A DNA stretch of 63,991 bases, filler included, from Candidatus Hydrogenedentota bacterium (GTDB lineage: Bacteria > JBFMHD01), in the NCBI GenBank assembly GCA_040752395.1. It is 14 parts of 14 records of this genome, joined end to end, with 100 filler letters (N's around TTAATTAATTAA, not from the genome) between each part and the next. Parts side by side here need not be neighbours in the genome. Positions count along the whole stretch, not along the records: positions 40,365 to 57,554 come from JBFMHD010000031.1; positions 57,655 to 59,904 come from JBFMHD010000310.1; positions 60,005 to 62,210 come from JBFMHD010000311.1; 11 more parts are not named here. One strand, given 5' to 3'. Each line of letters begins with the position of its first letter. Position 1 is the first letter of the stretch. The position numbers were made by a program, and so were the translations under genes. Shown here in pieces: positions 53,501-62,310 of the stretch. The notes beneath the pieces were generated by a model. It was not told the origin of the DNA, did not search any database, and was given only the letters and a program-made list of their open reading frames with translations.

Positions 53501-56500
53501 GGAGAGGACACATATTACTGGCGTGTGATAGGTTTTGATAAAGGTGGGAACTGGGAGACGACAGTAGCGAGGGTGATAGTGATAGATACTGGGTTACCGG
53601 CAGAGGTTAGTCTTATAGCGCCTGAAAATAATACAGAGACAAACGAACAGAGGCCGAGGCTTGTATGGGGTAGTTCGAGTGATAGTCGTAGTGGTGTATG
53701 GTATTATCAGATAGAGCTTGATAATAGCAGTAATTTTTTATCGATAGAGTATAGTGATACGAGTGATTCTTGTGAGTGGGAGAGTGATGTAGATATAGCT
53801 GGTGATACATATTACTGGCGGGTGAGGGTATATGATGTAGCTGGTAATAGTAATAGTGGGATAGATAGCAGGGTAATAAAGATAGTTGCGGACACGTTAG
53901 CGCCTGATGAAGTAAGTTTAATAAGTCCGGCAGATGGCAGTAGTACGAATGTAGTACAGCCGGTATTTTGGTATAGTGCATCGAGTGATAGTTCAGGTAT
54001 AAAGTGGTATATTTTAGAGATAGATGACACGAGTAGTTTTGCTTCGATAAACTACAGTGGTACGTCAGTGAGTACGAGTTGCAGTCCGAGTGCGGAGATG
54101 GTAAATGGTACGTATTATTGGCGTGTGCGGGTGATAGACGTATGGGATATATCGAATACCGGGATAGATAGCAGGGTAATAGTGATAGACACAGCTGGCC
54201 CGAATGAGGTGAGTTTAATAAGTCCGGCAGATGGTAGTAGTACGAATGTAGTAAAGCCAGTGTTTTATTATACTGCATCAGGTGATACGAGTGGCATAAA
54301 GTGGTATATCTTAGAGATAGATGACACGAGTAGTTTTGCTTCGATAAACTACAGTGGTACATCAGTGAGTACGAGTTGCAGTCCGAGTGCGGATATGGTA
54401 AATGGTACGTATTACTGGCGAGTGCGGGTGCTGGATATACTTGATCAATCGAATGCTGGTATAGATACGAGAGTAATAATAATAGATACTTATATCTCTG
54501 TTAGTTTAGTTTCACCAGAGGACACATATTATACGAATGACACCACGCCGAGGTTTGTATGGTCAGGTAGCAGTGTAGATACCTATACGTTAGAGGTAGA
54601 TAATGATATAAGTTTCACATCAATTAATTATACGGTTACGACTGGTGATACAGAGGCGAGTGCTGATGTATTAGGAGAGGACACATATTACTGGCGTGTG
54701 ATAGGTTTTGATAAAGGTGGGAACTGGGAGACGACAGTAGCGAGGGTGATAGTGATAGATACTGGGTTACCGGCAGAGGTTAGTCTTATAGCGCCTGAAA
54801 ATAATACAGAGACAAACGAACAGAGGCCGAGGCTTGTATGGGGTAGTTCGAGTGATAGTCGTAGTGGTGTATGGTATTATCAGATAGAGCTTGATAATAG
54901 CAGTAATTTTTTATCGATAGAGTATAGTGATACGAGTGATTCTTGTGAGTGGGAGAGTGATGTAGATATAGCTGGTGATACATATTACTGGCGGGTGAGG
55001 GTATATGATGTAGCTGGTAATAGTAATAGTGGGATAGATAGCAGGGTAATAAAGATAGTTGCGGACACGTTAGCGCCTGATGAAGTAAGTTTAATAAGTC
55101 CGGCAGATGGCAGTAGTACGAATGTAGTACAGCCGGTATTTTGGTATAGTGCATCGAGTGATAGTTCAGGTATAAAGTGGTATATTTTAGAGATAGATGA
55201 CACGAGTAGTTTTGCTTCAATAAACTACAGTGGTACATCAGTGAGTACGAGTTGCAGTCCGAGTGCGGAGATGGTAAATGGTACGTATTATTGGCGTGTG
55301 CGGGTGTTAGATATCTGGGACCAGTCCAATCTCGGGTTGGATTCGAATGTATTAATAATAGATACAGTGCCACCTGTTGTTTATCTGAATTCTATTGTGA
55401 TAAACAATGATGCATTGGTTACTAATGCTGAAACAGTGACTTTAAGTTTGCTATATGATAACAGTTCTATAGAGATGCAGATTTCTGATACTGAGACGTT
55501 TGCAGGAGCGAGCTTTGAGCCGGTTAGTTTGACTGATACTTATGTCTTGACCTCAATTGAGGGAACAAAGGCGCTGTGGGTAAGGTTTAAAGATGCTGCA
55601 GGCAATATCTCAAATTCGGATTCTGATACAATTGTGCTTGATAAAACTCCACCCGCTGGTTCGGTTATATTAGACAATGGTGCAGCGATTACAACGAGCC
55701 AGGTGGTAATAGCATCTATAACAGTAACAGAGACATACCAGATGATAGTTTCAACAGACGGTGTCTTTGATAATGAAGAGTGGGAATCAAAATCAGATAC
55801 TAAAGTTATTAATTATGGTGATACAGACGGAGTGAAATGGGTTTATGTAAGGTTCAGGGATTTAGCAGGGAATGCGAGTGACACGTGTTCGGATAGTATA
55901 ACTCTTGCCGTGCCGCCATTACCCGTTGTTAATCTTTCAGGTACGTTACTTGATGGGGCAAAGGTTAGACTTGATTGGTTAAAATCAGCGTCAAATGATG
56001 TTGTAAAATATTATATCTATTCTGATAGCACACAAGGAATAATAAATTGGAGTATACCTATTGATACAGTATCTGCACCAACAGTAACCTGGACAAGTGA
56101 TACGCTGTTAGCTGATACGTATTATCTATTAGGGGTACGAGCTGTAGATAATAATGGATATACTGATGAAGAATATAATGCAGTAAGAGTAATGCCGAGA
56201 ACATCAATAGATACTAATAAACCACAAACAGCTATAAAAAAGGCAAAAGTATATAGTGGTATATATGCGAATATTATAGCAGAGGTTGTTGTAAGTTCTG
56301 TTAATAATATCAGCAAAGTATTATTTCAGTACAGCGTGGATACAGGTGCTACGTGGGTGGATATGCTGCAATATAATGCTACTAATTATCCTAATCCTGT
56401 TTTTAATTGTTTTGATCTGGCAAAATACAATACTTTATGGGATATAAGTGGTTTGGCTCAGGGAGAATATCTTATCCGTGCAGTGGCTTATAATTTAAAT

Positions 56501-57385
56501 AATGTTCCTGATACATACGCACCTGGTATCTGGGTAGAGATAGGTGGCGACAATAGTTCGAGTAATCCACGGGATTGGCCTGATGAGATGGGTGATACTA
56601 CAACAGAGGGTATAAGGTCAAGGGTTAAATGTTATACTACTATAAGTAATACCTTAGAGTTAGCAGTTCCGAATCGTCAGAGCTCAATTGACCAGTTAAA
56701 CATAGCAAATGGACTTCTGAATAATGAGATAGACCAGCTCGAGATAATATTTGTAGATTCGTCGTATTATGATACCTGGATTAGAGCAGCTCAGTTTGTG
56801 TATGCTAATGAAATAAGAAAAATAGAGTTACGCAGTGGCCAGACACAATTTACTGCGGGTAATGTAGAATTTAATATTTCTTATCAGGATCAAGATCTGG
56901 ATGGTATTGTAGATGGAACGACTTTAAGAGAGGATGATTTAAAAATTTATCGGCTAAGTAATACTGATAGCAAATGGTATGAGATATCAAGTCAGGTAGA
57001 TAAAACTAATAAACGAGTGAATGGGTTAACAAGTCAGTTTAGTGTGTTTGCAGTTGGTGCTATACCTGTAGCGAGTAATCTTGCTAATGTTATAGTATAT
57101 CCGAATCCATTCAGGCCGAATGATGGGAACTGGCAGACAGGGGTTGATTATAATGGTTCTGCGGGCAGCGGGATATATATAACAAACCTTATGGCAAGTA
57201 CTGAGGTTGAGGTTTATAATGTATCGGGCCAGAAAGTCTACGATTTTGTTACCTCTGCGAATACCGGAACAGTGCAGTGGGATGCAAAGGATAAGAACGG
57301 TCGGTATCTGCCAAGCGGTGTGTATATAATGTTATTAAAGAAAGGCGGAGATAGAAAGATAGTTAAGTTTGCGATAATTAGATGA
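50585..57385 (+). CDS. 2266-aa secreted protein: NHL propeller, FN3-like repeats, T9SS/FlgD-like C-terminal domain
   Basis: GQFxxPxGIAVD repeats; GTYYWRVR repeats; YPNPF...WDAKD...PSGVY. Confidence 0.85.
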   Translation: MVFVFSMVKRFILATLLIYFFILSQASYGDTYIFVRKWGSSGTGDGQFDRPSGIGMDKYGHVYISEYSNSHRCQKFTKNGNFILKWGSLGAGNGQFNYASGVVVDSAGYIHVVDRVNERVQKFTQDGSFVTIWGSGNLDLLFDHYAGIAIDSSSNIYVCRTDGSSISSVRKFNSSGGYILDIGSRGTAFGKFQDPHGVAVDDTGYVYVSDRKSGGSIRLQKFTVGGSTIMAIDTGGLNDPTGVAVDKYGYVYVCDKDNHRIKKYDSNGNIITVWGSNGAADGQFSSPEGIFVDSFGFVYVCDGGNSRIQVFALTDADSIPCSAPGSVIVSNPGYGGQLNLSWSNPPQPDFSYVMIYRSTASLSLGSLIYSNVTETSKIDTGLTNGETYYYTFFAVDTNGNWSIDTTQYSGTPYDTITPTEVTLLTPADGTPTSTVRPVFTYTNSLDSSNIEYILEIDDTYSFSSINYTGTSLTLSCSPSVDILNGTYYWRVRVKDIYNNSNQGIDSRMIVIDTAAPNEVSLISPVDGTCTNVVKPVFYYTASGDTSGIKWYILEIDDTSTFSSINYSGTSVSTSCSPSADMVNGTYYWRVRVLDILDQSNAGIDTNVIVIDTAGPNEVSLISPADGSSTNVVRPVFYYTASGDTSGIKWYILEIDDTYSFTSINYSGTSTTTSCSPTADMADNTYYWRVRVLDILDQSNVGIDTRVIRIVAETVPPTEVSLISPVDGACTNVVQPVFWYSASSDSSGIKWYILEIDDTSSFSSINYSGTSVSTSCSPSAEMVNGTYYWRVRVIDVWDISNTGIDSRVIVIDTAGPNEVSLISPADGSSTNVVKPVFYYTASGDTSGIKWYILEIDDTSSFASINYSGTSVSTSCSPSADMVNGTYYWRVRVLDILDQSNAGIDTRVIIIDTYISVSLVSPEDTYYTNDTTPRFVWSGSSVDTYTLEVDNDISFTSINYTVTTGDTEASADVLGEDTYYWRVIGFDKGGNWETTVARVIVIDTGLPAEVSLIAPENNTETNEQRPRLVWGSSSDSRSGVWYYQIELDNSSNFLSIEYSDTSDSCEWESDVDIAGDTYYWRVRVYDVAGNSNSGIDSRVIKIVADTLAPDEVSLISPADGSSTNVVQPVFWYSASSDSSGIKWYILEIDDTSSFASINYSGTSVSTSCSPSAEMVNGTYYWRVRVIDVWDISNTGIDSRVIVIDTAGPNEVSLISPADGSSTNVVKPVFYYTASGDTSGIKWYILEIDDTSSFASINYSGTSVSTSCSPSADMVNGTYYWRVRVLDILDQSNAGIDTRVIIIDTYISVSLVSPEDTYYTNDTTPRFVWSGSSVDTYTLEVDNDISFTSINYTVTTGDTEASADVLGEDTYYWRVIGFDKGGNWETTVARVIVIDTGLPAEVSLIAPENNTETNEQRPRLVWGSSSDSRSGVWYYQIELDNSSNFLSIEYSDTSDSCEWESDVDIAGDTYYWRVRVYDVAGNSNSGIDSRVIKIVADTLAPDEVSLISPADGSSTNVVQPVFWYSASSDSSGIKWYILEIDDTSSFASINYSGTSVSTSCSPSAEMVNGTYYWRVRVLDIWDQSNLGLDSNVLIIDTVPPVVYLNSIVINNDALVTNAETVTLSLLYDNSSIEMQISDTETFAGASFEPVSLTDTYVLTSIEGTKALWVRFKDAAGNISNSDSDTIVLDKTPPAGSVILDNGAAITTSQVVIASITVTETYQMIVSTDGVFDNEEWESKSDTKVINYGDTDGVKWVYVRFRDLAGNASDTCSDSITLAVPPLPVVNLSGTLLDGAKVRLDWLKSASNDVVKYYIYSDSTQGIINWSIPIDTVSAPTVTWTSDTLLADTYYLLGVRAVDNNGYTDEEYNAVRVMPRTSIDTNKPQTAIKKAKVYSGIYANIIAEVVVSSVNNISKVLFQYSVDTGATWVDMLQYNATNYPNPVFNCFDLAKYNTLWDISGLAQGEYLIRAVAYNLNNVPDTYAPGIWVEIGGDNSSSNPRDWPDEMGDTTTEGIRSRVKCYTTISNTLELAVPNRQSSIDQLNIANGLLNNEIDQLEIIFVDSSYYDTWIRAAQFVYANEIRKIELRSGQTQFTAGNVEFNISYQDQDLDGIVDGTTLREDDLKIYRLSNTDSKWYEISSQVDKTNKRVNGLTSQFSVFAVGAIPVASNLANVIVYPNPFRPNDGNWQTGVDYNGSAGSGIYITNLMASTEVEVYNVSGQKVYDFVTSANTGTVQWDAKDKNGRYLPSGVYIMLLKKGGDRKIVKFAIIR
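52771..55306 (+). repeat. Near-perfect 1173-bp intragenic tandem duplication (about 2.2 copies)
   Basis: Anchors at 53311/54484 and 52771/53944 are both 1173 apart. Confidence 0.9.
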
Positions 57386-57654
57386 GAGAGATTCAAAAAT
57401 TGAAAGATTTACAAATTCAAGCGTGCCAAGATAAGCTCTTTGAAATCTAACTGAGTGCAAGGTGTCAGTAATCGTAAAAGTCTGTAAACGATTTAGTTTG
57501 AGGTGCAACTTATGGAGTAATCTGTAAAGTTGAAGCCACGTGACAAAGCACGTANNNNNNNNNNNNNNNNNNNNNNNNNNNNNNNNNNNNNNNNNNNNTT
57601 AATTAATTAANNNNNNNNNNNNNNNNNNNNNNNNNNNNNNNNNNNNNNNNNNNN

Positions 57655-57854
57655 ATTTATTGGATGAATTGAGACAACAGATGGTATTATCTTTACCAAT
57701 GAAATTTTTATGCAGAGATGATTGCCTGGGATTATGTCCCGTATGCGGTGAAAATAGAAATATCAGACATTGCGGACATAAGCTAAAATCATATAATACA
57801 CTCGCAACCCAACTCGAGGATATCAAAGATAAGATTGAAAGATTGAAAGATTAA
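57655..57854 (+). CDS. yceD: YceD/DUF177 protein, 3' part
   Basis: LSLPMKFLCRDDCLGLCPVCGENRN; upstream of rpmF. Confidence 0.85.
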
Positions 57855-58198
57855 AAGATACGGCGAGAAAGTGTATATTTTCGCTTTCTTTACTTTTAAC
57901 TTTTGACTTTTTACTTTTAACTTGTCATAGGAGTTAGAAGTTAGGAGTTCGTAATAATAGATCCGAGCTCCGAGCTTTGAACTCCGAACTTTTTCGAAGG
58001 AGTACTCATGAGCGCGTTTGCGCTCTACACAAAGGATGAAAAACTAAAGATGATATGTTGGCTTCAGGCTCCGGGCTTCGGGCTCCAGTCGGCTGTAGTC
58101 CGTAGCCTGTAGCCTGTCCTGATACCTCTCACTTCTTCCGTTATCTTGCTTCTTGCTTCTACTTGATATCATTAGAGTTACAATATTTTTCAGAGGAG
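57836..58198 (+). repeat. Mosaic repeat between yceD and rpmF
   Basis: GAAAGATT, TTTTAAC, GGAGTT/GAACTCC, GGCT and CTTGCTT modules plus terminal SD module. Confidence 0.9.
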
Positions 58199-58209
58199 GT
58201 ATCCACTCG

Positions 58210-58437
58210 ATGGCAGTCCCGTACGGAAAAACATCTAAATCTAAAAAAAGAAAGCGAAATTCTCATACAAGAGTTGTCCTTCAAAAACCAGGTACCTGCC
58301 CAAGATGTAATTCGCCCGTCTTATCTCATACTATTTGTCCTGTGTGCGGATTCTACAGGGGTAAACAAGTGATGGTTATAAAGACAAAAGAAAAGAAGAA
58401 ACCAGAAGAAAAAGAAGAAAAAAAAGAAGATAAGTAG
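58210..58437 (+). CDS. rpmF: 50S ribosomal protein L32 (Zn-binding type, K/E-rich tail)
   Basis: MAVP..KTSKSKKRKR, CPRC, HTICPVCGFYRG. Confidence 0.95.
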   Translation: MAVPYGKTSKSKKRKRNSHTRVVLQKPGTCPRCNSPVLSHTICPVCGFYRGKQVMVIKTKEKKKPEEKEEKKEDK

Positions 58438-58485
58438 TAGTTGATATGAAAAAAGATAGGAGACAGGGGACAGAAGATAAAAATG

Positions 58486-58628
58486 TTGAAAGATTGAAAG
58501 ATTAAAAGATACGGCAAGGAAGTGTATATTTTCGCTTTCTTTACTTTTAACTTGTCATAGGAGTTAGAGGTTAGGAGTTCGTAATAATAAATCCGAGCTC
58601 CGAGCTCCGAACTTTTTCAGAGGAGTAC
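58486..58628 (+). repeat. Direct repeat of 57836-58005 supplying the plsX SD
   Basis: Ends TTTTTCAGAGGAGTAC-T-ATG. Confidence 0.9.
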
Positions 58629-58629
58629 T

Positions 58630-59634
58630 ATGGTCAGGATAGTTGTAGATGCGATGGGAAGTGATAAAGCACCCAAACCTGAGATATTTGGTGCGTTACT
58701 CGCGTTAGATATTGATGAAAGTTTAGAGCTCATTCTCGTGGGTGAGGAAAACATAATCAAAGAAGAACTAAGCAAAATCTCAAAGGATATCAAACGGATT
58801 GAAATAATAGGTGCAGATAGTGCTGTAACTATGGATGATATACCAACCTCTGTTATAAGGAATAAAAAGGACTCCTCAATAGTTGTCGCAACAAAATTAG
58901 TCGCCGAAGGCAGAGCAGACGCAATGGTAACAGCTGGTAATACAGGTGCCTCAATGGTGGCCTGTAAATTGAATTTCGGTTTAATTGAAGGGATAGAACG
59001 CCCGGGGATCGCTGCACTTTTGCCAACTAAAAAAGATAAACCCGTGATACTTATAGATATTGGTGCGAATGTAGATTGTAAACCTTTGCATCTCGCACAT
59101 TTCGCTATTATGGGCGCAAGTTATTCACAGTGGGTTATAGGTATAAGAGACCCTAAGGTCGGATTATTGAATATTGGCGAAGAGGATACCAAAGGTAATG
59201 ACCAGACAAAGAATGCATTTAAATTATTGAAAAATGCGCCTGTTAATTTTATAGGGAATGTTGAGGGCAGGGATATTATTAAAGGGGATGTTGATGTTAT
59301 TGTATGTGACGGTTTTATCGGCAATATTATTCTAAAATTTGGTGAATCCGTTGGCTTTATGGTAATGGAGTTTTTAAAACGCGAGCTCGCAAATAAACTC
59401 GTTTACAAAATTGGAGCCTATCTTGCAAAACCAGCTTTTCTTAAATTTAAAAAGAAAGTAGATTATTCTGAGTATGGCGGTGCACCACTGCTCGGATTGA
59501 AAAATGTTAGCATTATCTGTCATGGCAGTTCTAACTCAAATGCTATCTGTAACGCGATACTCTTTGCCTCTAATTATGTTAAAAAAAATATAAATGAAAA
59601 AATTGGATCGATGGTCTCAAATTTTCGGTTATAG
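58630..59634 (+). CDS. plsX: Phosphate acyltransferase
   Basis: VDAMGSD, GNTGA, DIGAN, LNIGEE, CHGSS. Confidence 0.95.
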   Translation: MVRIVVDAMGSDKAPKPEIFGALLALDIDESLELILVGEENIIKEELSKISKDIKRIEIIGADSAVTMDDIPTSVIRNKKDSSIVVATKLVAEGRADAMVTAGNTGASMVACKLNFGLIEGIERPGIAALLPTKKDKPVILIDIGANVDCKPLHLAHFAIMGASYSQWVIGIRDPKVGLLNIGEEDTKGNDQTKNAFKLLKNAPVNFIGNVEGRDIIKGDVDVIVCDGFIGNIILKFGESVGFMVMEFLKRELANKLVYKIGAYLAKPAFLKFKKKVDYSEYGGAPLLGLKNVSIICHGSSNSNAICNAILFASNYVKKNINEKIGSMVSNFRL

Positions 59635-59830
59635 GTTTTTGGTTTTGGGTTATCGGTGAACCGAACACCGAACATCAATAACTGAATATCTTGCCTCTAT
59701 ATAGTACCTTACAAATGAAATCTTGACATTTTTAGCAAAAATATTTACCACGGAGACACTGAATTATAGAGACACCGAAAAATATATAAAAAATTCCGTG
59801 TCTCTGTTTTTTCGATTATTCTGTGGTAAA
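59624..59830. repeat. TTCGG/AACC module and CCACGGAGACAC-type palindrome
   Basis: Inverted match to 24075-24135; TTTACCACGGA...TCTGTGGTAAA. Confidence 0.8.
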
Positions 59831-59871
59831 ATTTCTTTTCCGATTTATTCGGGTCAGGACGGTATTAGAAA

Positions 59872-59904
59872 ATGAATTGTGGAATTTTGGCTGTAGGTGC
59901 TTAT
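59872..59904 (+). CDS. fabH: Start of FabH (11 codons before the gap)
   Basis: MNCGILAVGAY downstream of plsX. Confidence 0.6.
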
Positions 59905-60004
59905 NNNNNNNNNNNNNNNNNNNNNNNNNNNNNNNNNNNNNNNNNNNNTTAATTAATTAANNNNNNNNNNNNNNNNNNNNNNNNNNNNNNNNNNNNNNNN
60001 NNNN

Positions 60005-61851
60005 TTTTTAGCCTGCTCGAACCACTGGTTAAATATCTCATTTTGTTTTTTTTCAAAGAGGTCATTATAGAGTTCGGCCCGGAATCTCTCAAATTCCTCT
60101 TCGTCAAAAGGTTTACGTTTTATAAGTTGAAATATATGGTAACCGTTCTGAGCGTTAATCGTGTCACTTATTTCATCAGTAGTTAGGTATAAAATTTTTT
60201 GTTGGATTGAGGGGTCGAGGAAGTACAAAGTTCTACCACGTGATATATATGAATAACCTATCTCCTTTTGGAGGATCTCTATTGTTTCTGTATCATAGTC
60301 AGAATAATTTCTTTCTGAGATTAAGCCTGTTCTAAAGTATGGCAAGTCACCGCCAATGCTTGCTGTTTTTCCGTGAGAGAATTCTTTAGCGAGCTCTCCA
60401 AAATCCTGGCTTTCTTCTTTTAGCAGTTTATAAAGCCTATTAATCTCATTTTTTGCAAATTCGACCTCGGTATCGTTTACTAAAATGGTTCTTATTCTTT
60501 CCTCAACATCAGAAAATGGGAGTAGTCTTTCCTCTTTTTTATCTTTAAGTTTTATCAGATGAAACCCGAGTGTTGATCTAACCGGGTCACTGATCTCGCC
60601 GACCTTTAATTTAAATGCCTCATCTAATACCGGGTTTTCTGAAAGCTTTGGTCTTATTAAAATATGTCTTGCTCTTCTTCGGTCGCCATCGATTGCTTCG
60701 AGTTTAATGATATGGAATCCAAACCTTGTTTCAACTATATTTGATAGTTCACCGATGCTTTTAAGTTTATACAACGCTTTTTCAAAAGATTCATCCATTT
60801 CCCCAGGACTAATCCATGAGAGGTCACCCCCTCGCACACGTGATGGACAATCTGAATATTTTTTAGCAAGCATCTCAAAATTAGCACCTTCTTTTAATAG
60901 CTTAAGTAATTCTTCTGATTTTTTATAAGCAGTATCAATATCGTCATCCGTTAGAGGTATGTTGAATGGGTTATCGTTTTTTGTAAAAAATTGATATATT
61001 AAACCGCTATCCTCTTTTGCTGTGCTTCTATCCTGCGAGTATTTATAACAAGCCTCATCGTAAGTAATTAATCCGGCCTTTATCTCAGCAAGAATATTTA
61101 AACAGGAGTCCTGGATCTCATCAATCTGAGCATCGGTGGCTTCTTGAGGCAAGCCCAATAATAGATGTTGGATCTGGACGCTTTCGAGTTCTGTATATTT
61201 ATCAAGATTTTCTTCGTATTCTTTTTTAGCAAGATTAATGGGGACGTAATAAGAAGGCTTTATTAAGATATGCCTTGTCTTTATCATGCCTGATATCTGC
61301 AGATAATATGTTTTAAGTTCCTTTTCTGTTATCACGATACCGCTTGTAAGATACGATATAATTTTATCTCTTAAGATACTACGTTTTGTTGATTCTTCAA
61401 GGACACGTAATTGTCTTGAATAACTGCCATCACGTACAACCCTGTTATATGTTGCAGCATCAAAAACGCCATCTTTGTAAAAAGTGGGGTGTCTGCGTAT
61501 CTCATTTACTATTTCTTTATCAGAGACAGTGATGTTTAAGTCCGAAGCCGCGTCAATTAATAATATTTCTTTAGTAAAATCATCAATAGTCTTTTTATAT
61601 GCCTCTTTTTTTAGTTCGTCATCTGTAGCGTAACGTCTATTTTTTTTCAATTCTTCCTGGTTGTTACCGAGAAGCCGTTGAAAATTTTCAATTGGTATCT
61701 CTTCACCGTTTATCTTAAGAGCATAATTTATTCTACCGGACATCCCGGTAATATTCATCCCCCAATCGAAAAATATCAAAGCAACAAATGTAAAAACCGT
61801 TATAAGAAGAATAATCTTCATCTTTTCACGCATCCATTGAAAACTCATCAT
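60005..61851 (-). CDS. SurA/PpiD-like parvulin peptidyl-prolyl isomerase (partial)
   Basis: N-terminal TM; RHILIK, AKKYSDCPS..RGGDL, TRFGFHIIK. Confidence 0.9.
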
Positions 61852-61860
61852 AATTAAATA

Positions 61861-62190
61861 CTCCTCTGAAAAACGCTGTAACTCTAATAATTCGGGGTAC
61901 AGGCTACGGGCTACGGACTACAGCCGGCTGGAGTTAAAAGCCCGGAGCCTGCTGAAAAGTCTTGAGTCTTGAGTCTTGAGTCTCGAGTCCTGTTTTGACT
62001 CACGACTCTTTTTATATCATCTTTAGTTTTTCATACTTTGTGTAGAGCGCAAAAACCCAAGAACGCAATAACCCAAGAACCCAATAGTGTAGAGCGCAAC
62101 CCGCGCTCATGAGTACTCCTTCGAAAAAGTTCGGAGTTCGGAGTTCGGAGCTATTATTACGAACTCCTAACTTCTAACTCCTAACTCCTA
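61861..62190 (-). repeat. Mosaic repeat supplying the PPIase SD
   Basis: Similar to 57930-58198 inverted, with extra and missing modules. Confidence 0.95.
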
Positions 62191-62310
62191 TCTTTTTCAT
62201 ACGTTGTGTANNNNNNNNNNNNNNNNNNNNNNNNNNNNNNNNNNNNNNNNNNNNTTAATTAATTAANNNNNNNNNNNNNNNNNNNNNNNNNNNNNNNNNN
62301 NNNNNNNNNN

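Noticed and set aside
51978-55373. Long Y/H/L-rich antisense ORFs
   Set aside because: Shadow frames of the repetitive sense gene.
2607-62310. 13 copies of TTAATTAATTAA within N runs
   Set aside because: Artificial six-frame-stop contig linkers. ORFs running into X residues and neighbourhoods across gaps are artefacts.
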